The translations under genes were made by a program, and so were the position numbers. This document shows positions 57,595 to 64,000 of a DNA stretch of 64,000 bases, in pieces. The stretch comes from Rhodothermales bacterium (GTDB taxonomy: Bacteria; Bacteroidota; Rhodothermia; Rhodothermales; VXPQ01), in the NCBI GenBank assembly GCA_965232485.1, contig OZ246975.1, forward strand, positions 739,196-803,195, given 5' to 3'. The first letter of the stretch is position 1, and each line of letters opens with the position of its first letter. A model generated the notes under the pieces. That model worked only from the letters and a program-made list of their open reading frames with translations, searched no databases and had not been told where the DNA came from.

Positions 57595-58545
57595 TCAGTA
57601 CCGTTCGCGGTATTTGCGAATGATGAGGTTCGCCATAAAATTCATGCCCAGGGTCATCAGAAACAGCACCAGGCCGACGGCGAAGAGGCTGTAGAATTCG
57701 ACCGTCCCCTGCGGCGTATCCCCCAGACTCACATTCACGATGAAAGCCGTCATGGTCTGTACCGATTCCGTGGGATTCGCCGTGAGATTAGGCATGGCCC
57801 CGGCGGCCAGCGTTACGATCATCGTCTCGCCGACAGCACGGCTGAGCGCCAGAATAAAACTCGCCACGATGCCACTGATCGCGCCAGGAACCATGACCCG
57901 CAACACCACCTCGATCCGGGTGGCGCCAAGTGCATAGGCCCCCTCGGCAAGCGAGCGGGGCACCGCGCGAATCGCATCTTCGCTCAATGAAGACACCATG
58001 GGAATGATCATGACGCCTACCACAATGCCCGCGCTGAGCGCATTGTAGATATTGAGGCCCGGGATAAACGTCTGCAACAAGGGCGTCACGAAGGTCAGCG
58101 CGAAATAACCGTAGACGACGGTCGGTATGCCTGCAAGCAGTTCAAGACCCGGCTTCAGCGCCTTGCGTATACGCGAGGGGGCGTATTCGGCGATGAAAAT
58201 CGCGCTCATGAGCCCGATCGGAAGCGCCACAATGGCTGCAATGACGGTAACGAGAAGGGTGCCCGACAACAGAGGCCATATCCCGAAATGCTTCTCTGTG
58301 AACTGCGGAGTCCATCGTGTTTCGGTCAGAAAATCGACAATGGAAACCTCTGCAAAAAAATTCAGCGATTCAAAAACGAGGACGGCGGCAATTCCCAGTG
58401 TCGTCAGAACACTGATCAGCGCGCAAAAGCCCAATGCATACTCGACTGCACGTTCTTTCGGGCTACGAAACACGTTGACGGACAGGTCCGCACCACCGGG
58501 CGACCCCGCGAGCGATCTTTTCGACACATGCTGTGAGACGGCCAT
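57595..58545 (-). CDS. pstC: phosphate ABC transporter permease PstC
   Basis: Start at the ATG at 58545 (MAVSQHVSKR...), because the ORF track's 5' extension is MITE sequence. ...EGAYALGATRIEVV... EAA loop. Confidence 0.95.
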   Translation of the reverse strand: MAVSQHVSKRSLAGSPGGADLSVNVFRSPKERAVEYALGFCALISVLTTLGIAAVLVFESLNFFAEVSIVDFLTETRWTPQFTEKHFGIWPLLSGTLLVTVIAAIVALPIGLMSAIFIAEYAPSRIRKALKPGLELLAGIPTVVYGYFALTFVTPLLQTFIPGLNIYNALSAGIVVGVMIIPMVSSLSEDAIRAVPRSLAEGAYALGATRIEVVLRVMVPGAISGIVASFILALSRAVGETMIVTLAAGAMPNLTANPTESVQTMTAFIVNVSLGDTPQGTVEFYSLFAVGLVLFLMTLGMNFMANLIIRKYRERY

Positions 58546-58556
58546 ACGTCTGTGAA

Positions 58557-58978
58557 GGATGCTCTGATTAAGGAAGCTCTGATTAAGTCCGCAAAGATTC
58601 AGAGGCTGACAGGCGTGCGCTGGCAAGGAATGACGAAGAAGCGTGGCAGGCCCCACGTAATGAGGAATGACACAGCCAGCGTGCGCCTGTCAGCCTCCCG
58701 AAGGGCGCTTCACGACCGCGACAACCCGAATCCGCCGTGTTTTTCGCTGATTTCAACGATGCAAGCATGTCCTTTTGTACGCGTGAAAGTGAAGCGCTGA
58801 TCAAAGTGGAGTTAATCAGAGCTTCCTTAAGTCCGCAAAGATTCAGAGGCCGAAGAGCGCTTCACGACCGCGACGACCCGAAGCCGCCGTGTTTTTCGCT
58901 GATTTCGACGACGCCATCATATCGTTCTGTACGCGTGAACGTGAAGCGCTGATCGAAGTGGACTTGATCAGAGCATCC
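58557..58978. mobile_element. composite: full-length 255-bp TTAA-MITE (58572-58826) nested in the terminal repeat of an internally deleted older copy
   Basis: TGAA GGATGCTCTGA TTAA [GGAAGCTCTGATTAAGTCC...GGAGTTAATCAGAGCTTCC] TTAA GTCCGCAAAGATTCAGAGG...GGACTTGATCAGAGCATCC TGAA. Confidence 0.88.
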
Positions 58979-58987
58979 TGAAATACC

Positions 58988-60091
58988 CTATTCGCTTACA
59001 GGTTGAGAGAGAAGCGAATCGGGCGCCTCGGAGTCAAGTCCCCCGGATGATAATTCCGCAGACATATACCGCGTCAACAGTTCATGCATAGTCACGCCCA
59101 CATGCGCTTCTTCGCCGAACATAGTACCTGTGACACGGCGCTCGAAACGCTCCAGCGCGAGATCGTATTCCTCATCGGTGAGCGGAACATAACCCACTTC
59201 CCCGGCCAACTCTCCGGCGCGGGTAAGGTAAAAATGGACAAACTCCCGGACAATCTCTTCTTCGGCGGCAACGGGACGCACATATATGAACAGCGCGCGG
59301 GAAAGCGGCGCATACGTACCGTTTTCGACTGTCGCGGGCGTAGGCAACACACACCCCTCCCCATTCTCCGGATCGCCGTCATCGATGGCGAGCAATTTGA
59401 GCCGCTCCGCGTTTTCCTCGTAATAAGCGATACCGAAAAATCCAAGGGCATGGGGATCGCCGGAAACACCCTGCACAAGCACGTTATCATCCTCGCTTGC
59501 CGTAAAATCGGATCGGCTGGCGCCCGACTCGCCCCCTACGGCTTCGGTAAAATAATCATACGTACCGCTGTCCGTGCCAGGACCATACAAGGCAAGCTCG
59601 CGATCGGGAAAACCGGGACGCACCTCGTTCCAGTTGTCGATACTGCTGCCGGGCTCCCAGATCGCCCGCAGTTCGTCCACCGTCAGGCAATCGGCCCAAT
59701 CGTTGTCAGGATGCACAACCACCACCAAACCGTCGTACGCCACCGGCAGTTCGACAAAATCGATCCCATCGCGCGAAGCCAGTTCCAGCTCGCTGGATTT
59801 GATGACCCGGGAGGCATCGTTTATATCGGTCTCGCCCCGGAGGAATTTGCTGAATCCGCCGCCCGTGCCGCTAACGCCCACTGTGACCCGGGCTTGCCCA
59901 TGGGCGATCATGAATTCTTCGGCGACGGCTTCCGTAATCGGATACACCGTACTGGAGCCGTCGATCCGAACCGCGCCGGAGAGTTCGCCCTCGACGGGTT
60001 TGTCGCCGCAGCCGCTCGCTACCGCCACAAGAGCGAACAGCAATGCGGACAGCGCGGCGCGGGGCAAGAAACGTAGTGTGGGTGCGATCAA
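58988..60091 (-). CDS. pstS: phosphate ABC transporter substrate-binding lipoprotein PstS
   Basis: ...[15 protein letters not shown] lipobox, [30 protein letters not shown]. Start placed at the TTG at 60091, because the ATG at 60178 lies inside the Pho-box-like repeats. The start is uncertain. Confidence 0.88.
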   Translation of the reverse strand: MIAPTLRFLPRAALSALLFALVAVASGCGDKPVEGELSGAVRIDGSSTVYPITEAVAEEFMIAHGQARVTVGVSGTGGGFSKFLRGETDINDASRVIKSSELELASRDGIDFVELPVAYDGLVVVVHPDNDWADCLTVDELRAIWEPGSSIDNWNEVRPGFPDRELALYGPGTDSGTYDYFTEAVGGESGASRSDFTASEDDNVLVQGVSGDPHALGFFGIAYYEENAERLKLLAIDDGDPENGEGCVLPTPATVENGTYAPLSRALFIYVRPVAAEEEIVREFVHFYLTRAGELAGEVGYVPLTDEEYDLALERFERRVTGTMFGEEAHVGVTMHELLTRYMSAELSSGGLDSEAPDSLLSQPVSE

Positions 60092-60165
60092 AACAGTGGC
60101 GAAGGAAAGCGATGAATGCAGAAAGTCCCCGGAGTAATAATGTACGATAGGAAGTAATCTATCAG

Positions 60166-60186
60166 AAAATGTTACCAAAATGTTAA
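60166..60186 (-). promoter_or_regulatory. Pho-box-like pair of 11-bp-phased direct repeats upstream of pstS
   Basis: Minus strand reads TTAACATTTTG GTAACATTTTC (plus strand AAAATGTTAC 60166-75, AAAATGTTAA 60177-86). The 7+4 layout at 11-bp phasing is that of PhoB-type boxes. Confidence 0.4.
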
Positions 60187-60385
60187 TTTACCTGATTTTG
60201 ACAAAAAGCGCATAAATACGCTGGAGCGCGGCAGTGCGCTCGCTGGCCCACCCAAAGCATCCCGTCTCCCGTAACGCCTGCTGCGCGGCAGGCCGGCAGG
60301 CAACGGAACGAGACCCGCTGCCTCTCGTTCCATGCGCACGCGTCCAATATAACGACCCGCCGCCCTGCGAACCGCCGCGTTCATC

Positions 60386-61330
60386 ATGCTCCGCCTCGAA
60401 CATGTCGGTATAGCGACAGCAGATATCGATCGCCTGCTGGATGTGCTCCGCGATCTGTTGGGCGAGACGGACTACGCATCTGAAACACTCGAAAAGGACG
60501 GAGTGCGGGTCGCGTTCGCGGCGAGCGGCGGCGCGCAACTGGAACTGCTGGAAGCCCTTGACGAAACCTCGCCCGTGGCGCGTTTCTTGCGGGAGCGGCA
60601 AGGCGGGCTGCACCACCTTGCTTTCGAGGTCGAGGATATTCACGCCATGCACCGGCGGGTCAGCGAGGCGGGCTATGCGCCCATCGACCCGACGCCGCGC
60701 CCCGGAGCCGGGGGCAAAATCATTTTCTTCGTGCATCCCCGGCAAACCGGAAATATCCTGATTGAGTTTTGCGCCCGCGCAGAGCCTTGCCTTCAGCCCG
60801 TGGCGGGCGCACTCCCGGAAGGCGTCCGGCGCGTTGTTCGCGCGCGCGGCGCTGCGGCGCAAACGCCGCTCCTGCATATCGCGGCGGATTCCTCCCCTTC
60901 CCCGGCCCCGCATGCCCTTGCGCAGCGTCTGGCGCCAGGCAGAATATACATTGCAGCACAGGCGGAAGCGGATGGCGCTCTGGACATTCCAGCGGTTATC
61001 GACGGGCTCGGCCTCCAGGCAGCGCACCTGCTCGCGCAAGGTCTGTCCGCGAAACCGGCTTTGGACGCGGCCCGCGCCGATTCGCGCATACAGAAGATCG
61101 TGTGGGCGGATCCGGACCCGGACGAATTCGAGGCGCTGCGACATATTCCTGCGAAGATGTTATTGTTGACCGAAGACAGCGCGACGGGGCTTCGCGTAGC
61201 CCAGGTCCTGCGCCGACGGTTCGCCGCCGTCCCCATCGCCGCGGCGTCCGACCCGTCGCTGCGCATAGCGCTTATCGAACGGCATATCGAACAGCCTCTG
61301 GCCGCGCAAGCGGCGCCGGCGCACCCATGA
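60386..61330 (+). CDS. mce: methylmalonyl-CoA epimerase (VOC/glyoxalase fold) with about 175-aa C-terminal extension
   Basis: MLRLEHVGIAT..., GGLHHLAFEVEDI..., IIFFVHPRQTGNILIEFC cover about 135 aa. The remainder (…LLHIAADSS…, …KIVWADPDPDEF…) looks like a truncated alpha/beta-hydrolase-like domain. Confidence 0.8.
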   Translation: MLRLEHVGIATADIDRLLDVLRDLLGETDYASETLEKDGVRVAFAASGGAQLELLEALDETSPVARFLRERQGGLHHLAFEVEDIHAMHRRVSEAGYAPIDPTPRPGAGGKIIFFVHPRQTGNILIEFCARAEPCLQPVAGALPEGVRRVVRARGAAAQTPLLHIAADSSPSPAPHALAQRLAPGRIYIAAQAEADGALDIPAVIDGLGLQAAHLLAQGLSAKPALDAARADSRIQKIVWADPDPDEFEALRHIPAKMLLLTEDSATGLRVAQVLRRRFAAVPIAAASDPSLRIALIERHIEQPLAAQAAPAHP

Positions 61331-63189
61331 ACCCGGAGCTGAAACAAAAAATCGACCGACTGCCCCGGCTCCCAGGCGTTTACCAGTACAAGGACGCCGA
61401 CGAAAACGTGCTCTACGTAGGCAAGGCCAAAGACCTGCGCAGCCGCGTTCGATCCTGGTTTCGGGAAAATCAGATGCACGACGGACGGTTGCGCATCATG
61501 ATCCGAAAAACAACGCATGTGGAAGCTATCGTGACGGACACGGAAGCCGAAGCGCTCATTCTCGAAAACAACCTGATCAAACATCTCAAGCCGCGCTACA
61601 ATGTTCTTTTGCGCGACGACAAAACCTTTCCCTTCATTTGCATTCGAAAAGAACCCTTCCCGCGCGTTTTTCCTACGCGACGGATCGTACGCGACGGATC
61701 GAAATATTTCGGGCCGTACGCCGACGTGAAAAATATGCACCTGATGTTGCGCACTATCCGATCTGTTTTTCAATTGCGCACATGCAGCCTGAACCTTGCG
61801 CCGGAACCCATCGCCGCCGGCAAATACGATCCATGCCTTGAATATCATATTAAAAAATGCGCCGCGCCCTGCATTGGGAGACAATCCGAAGCCGATTACG
61901 ACCAAACCATCGAACAAGTCGAAAAACTGCTGAACGGACACACGAAAGCATTGATTTCCCTGCTCCGCGACGAAATGGCCCGCCTTTCCGAAAACATGCG
62001 GTTCGAGGAAGCGGCCGGGCTGCGGGACCGCATCCTTGCCCTCGAAAAATACGCCCGAAAACAAAAAGTGGTAAGCGAGGACGACGCCGACCGGGATCTC
62101 TTTGCGCTGGCGCTGGACGAGCAGGAAAATGTGGCGTGCGGCGTGGTGTTTCAAGTGCGCGAAGGCAAAGTGATCGGGCGGCGACACACCTATATCCATC
62201 CGATAGAAGAATTGTCGGATACTGTGTTGATGCAGCGACTCGTCGAAGATTATTACGCGGACGCTGCGTTCTTTCCCGGGGAAGCGCTATTGAGCCACGA
62301 CATCGCCGAACCGGAACCGATCAAGGAATTGCTGCGGCGACAGCGCGGCAAGAAGGTCCCGCTCGCCATACCCCGCAGGGGCCCCAAGGCCAAACTGATG
62401 CGCATGGTCCATGCGAATGCGACCATACTCCTTGAAGAATGGAAAATGCGCAAGATGAAACGCGGCGAGGATCGCATTCCCCATGCCGTACGGTCCCTTG
62501 AAAAAGATTTGCGCCTGCAAACTTTGCCGCGACGCATCGAATGCTTCGACATTTCCCATCTTGCGGGCACGGGCACAGTGGCGTCCTGCGTGGCGTTTAT
62601 AGACGGACGGCCCCGCAAAAGCGAATACCGCCATTACAAGATCCGCTCCGCCGTTCCCGGAAAACCCGACGACTATCAGAGCATGCGCGAGGTGATCGCG
62701 CGGCGGTACGCAAACCGGGAAAATATCAAATGGCCGGACCTGGTCGTAATCGATGGGGGCAAGGGGCAACTTTCGGCCGCCGCCGAAGCGTTGCGGACCG
62801 CAGGCGCATACGGCGAATTTCCGCTCATCGGCCTGGCGAAACGGCTCGAAGAGGTGTTTTTTCCGGGCGACTCCGAACCGCTGCTCATCCCCAAAGCCAG
62901 CGCGTCGCTCCAGCTCTTGCAACGCATCCGGAACGAGGCGCATCGCTTTGCCGTCGCCTTCCAGCGCACGCAACGGAAAAAACGCATCCTGCATTCTTCG
63001 CTGCGCGAAATAGACGGCGTCGGCGAAAAAACCGCGCAGAAACTGATTCGGCGCTTCGGGTCCGTCAAGCGCGTCGAGGCCGCCGGAGAAGAGGCCCTTC
63101 GCGACGCCGTCGGCGACGCCGCCGCGCGAAAGATTGCTGCTTTCTTCGAAGCCAAAAGAAGGGGTGCAACTTCGCAACGCTCTGCGTAA
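61327..63189 (+). CDS. uvrC: excinuclease ABC subunit C
   Basis: The ATG at 61327 overlaps the mce stop (ATGA). GIY-YIG GVYQYKDADENVLYVGKAKDLRSRV, UvrBC domain, C-terminal HhH. The ORF track's 5' extension from 60769 is spurious. Confidence 0.97.
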   Translation: MNPELKQKIDRLPRLPGVYQYKDADENVLYVGKAKDLRSRVRSWFRENQMHDGRLRIMIRKTTHVEAIVTDTEAEALILENNLIKHLKPRYNVLLRDDKTFPFICIRKEPFPRVFPTRRIVRDGSKYFGPYADVKNMHLMLRTIRSVFQLRTCSLNLAPEPIAAGKYDPCLEYHIKKCAAPCIGRQSEADYDQTIEQVEKLLNGHTKALISLLRDEMARLSENMRFEEAAGLRDRILALEKYARKQKVVSEDDADRDLFALALDEQENVACGVVFQVREGKVIGRRHTYIHPIEELSDTVLMQRLVEDYYADAAFFPGEALLSHDIAEPEPIKELLRRQRGKKVPLAIPRRGPKAKLMRMVHANATILLEEWKMRKMKRGEDRIPHAVRSLEKDLRLQTLPRRIECFDISHLAGTGTVASCVAFIDGRPRKSEYRHYKIRSAVPGKPDDYQSMREVIARRYANRENIKWPDLVVIDGGKGQLSAAAEALRTAGAYGEFPLIGLAKRLEEVFFPGDSEPLLIPKASASLQLLQRIRNEAHRFAVAFQRTQRKKRILHSSLREIDGVGEKTAQKLIRRFGSVKRVEAAGEEALRDAVGDAAARKIAAFFEAKRRGATSQRSA

Positions 63190-63247
63190 GTTGTGGACTC
63201 ATTCCCGGCGCACCGCCGACCGAACGCTCACCGCTGCTCGCTGCGAC

Positions 63248-64000
63248 ATGCTTAATTACATATGGGCCGGCCTGATTGTCGCCGCCCTTGCATTCGCCAT
63301 CGTTTCCGACCTGCGAGACGCCGCCAGCGATCGGTTTCGGAATCACGCCTCGTTGCCAATCGTCCTGGAATACCCGGAGAACTACCGGGAGGAGGCGCGG
63401 CGCATTCCGGTGCATATCCGGATCGATGCGGAAACGTACCGCTCATTTTACGGCGTAGCGGCCGCCCCTGATTCCGTCTACGAGGGCCATGTCGCGCGCA
63501 CACAAGCCGGCGTCCGCCTTTTTTTCGCCGGCGACGCCTCGTTACCGGAACCGCTTCTCCGCATCCGGAAATTTTCCGGCGGAGACGCCCTGCAAGGGAC
63601 ACTGGACCAGGAAAACGTATCGGACACACCCGCGGGATCGCCCGTCACCGCTACTGCGGTCCGGTTCGAGCCCGTGCGCTTTCCACATCTGCAGGACGTT
63701 GCCGAAGCCGCTTTCGATTTTGCGAACACCGCCGTGCAGATCGCGATCGGCCTCATTGGAGTGCTTGCGCTTTTCCTCGGATTGCTCAAAATCGCTGAGG
63801 CAGGGGGACTTATTCGTCAGATGTCCCGCCTCGTCGAACCGCTCCTGCGCCCGCTCTTTCCTGGTATTCCGGAAGGGCATCCGGCCTTTGCGATGATCGT
63901 ACTGAATCTTTCCGCCAACGTACTGGGCCTCGGCAACGCCGCCACGCCGCTCGGCATCAAGGCCATGGAAGAACTGCAAACGCTGAATCCCGTCAAGGAT
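63248..64000 (+). CDS. nucleoside-recognition-domain membrane protein (SpmA/SpmB-like), 3'-truncated by the window edge
   Basis: Open frame from the ATG at 63248 to the window end (251 codons, no stop, so not in the ORF track). MLNYIWAGLIVAALAFAIV..., ...NTAVQIAIGLIGVLALFLGLLKIAE..., ...NLSANVLGLGNAATPLGIKAMEEL. Confidence 0.75.
   Translation, partial: MLNYIWAGLIVAALAFAIVSDLRDAASDRFRNHASLPIVLEYPENYREEARRIPVHIRIDAETYRSFYGVAAAPDSVYEGHVARTQAGVRLFFAGDASLPEPLLRIRKFSGGDALQGTLDQENVSDTPAGSPVTATAVRFEPVRFPHLQDVAEAAFDFANTAVQIAIGLIGVLALFLGLLKIAEAGGLIRQMSRLVEPLLRPLFPGIPEGHPAFAMIVLNLSANVLGLGNAATPLGIKAMEELQTLNPVKD

Noticed and set aside
58552-58952. Small ORFs inside the repeats (58552..58800, 58737..58952, and similarly the 5' parts of 32733..33530 and 8713..9771)
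   Set aside because: Their sequences (…KDALIK.A.I…RWQGMTK.CGRPH.MRNDTASVRL…) are simply the repeat read in one frame. The frames are broken differently in different copies, and there are no start or stop conservation signals.
60769-61326. 5' extension of the uvrC ORF (806-aa version) and the 468-aa antisense ORF 60793..62199
   Set aside because: The extension overlaps the well-supported mce gene in another frame. The UvrC GIY-YIG domain begins right at the ATG at 61327, which overlaps the mce stop.

Overview
GC-rich (by eye well above 60% GC) chromosomal segment of a Bacteroidota/Rhodothermota-type bacterium. The lineage call rests on T9SS C-terminal sorting domains, PorV/PorQ-like barrels, DUF4835/DUF4249 proteins and S46 peptidases. 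Gene content is mostly housekeeping and densely packed: purD (first codons only), mutS, two tandem S46 dipeptidyl-peptidases, tRNA-Leu(TAG), tRNA-Arg(CCT), rpiB, nif3 and a COG1579 gene followed by RNase P RNA, secG, a NUDIX hydrolase, a BamA-like protein, mutY, groES-groEL, glmM, ctaA-cyoE with an ABC-2 exporter, a TonB / TonB-dependent receptor / DUF4249 / GH3-beta-lactamase fusion operon, two paralogous T9SS cargo genes plus a decayed third, an ebo cluster (eboA,B,D,E,F with no eboC), pstSCAB-phoU, a methylmalonyl-CoA epimerase fusion, uvrC and a partial SpmA-like gene. The most unusual signal is non-genic. One intact IS5-family IS with a TTAA duplication sits 2 bp upstream of the glmM ATG. 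At least a dozen copies or fragments of a non-coding miniature element share its terminal repeat (GGATRCTCTGATYAAKTCC). These include two nested insertions into the TTAA inside an older copy's own terminus, terminal-repeat-only mini forms, a copy that supplies the last 14 codons and stop of mutY, and a 22-bp remnant lying between two TTAA copies that carry the stop codons of two convergent genes. Other points worth a second look are an AT-rich TTAAGT-N12-ACTTAA motif present twice as a direct repeat 9.5 kb apart around the TonB-receptor operon, a leader-like region with a Cys-rich mini-ORF and an intrinsic terminator ahead of a tiny membrane/coiled-coil gene, the eboC-less ebo cluster, and sequence homogenisation of T9SS C-terminal domains. 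No CRISPR array, rRNA, prophage or recognisable defence system was seen. All calls come from reading the sequence and the ORF track only, with no database search. Start codons and element ends may be off by a few nucleotides.
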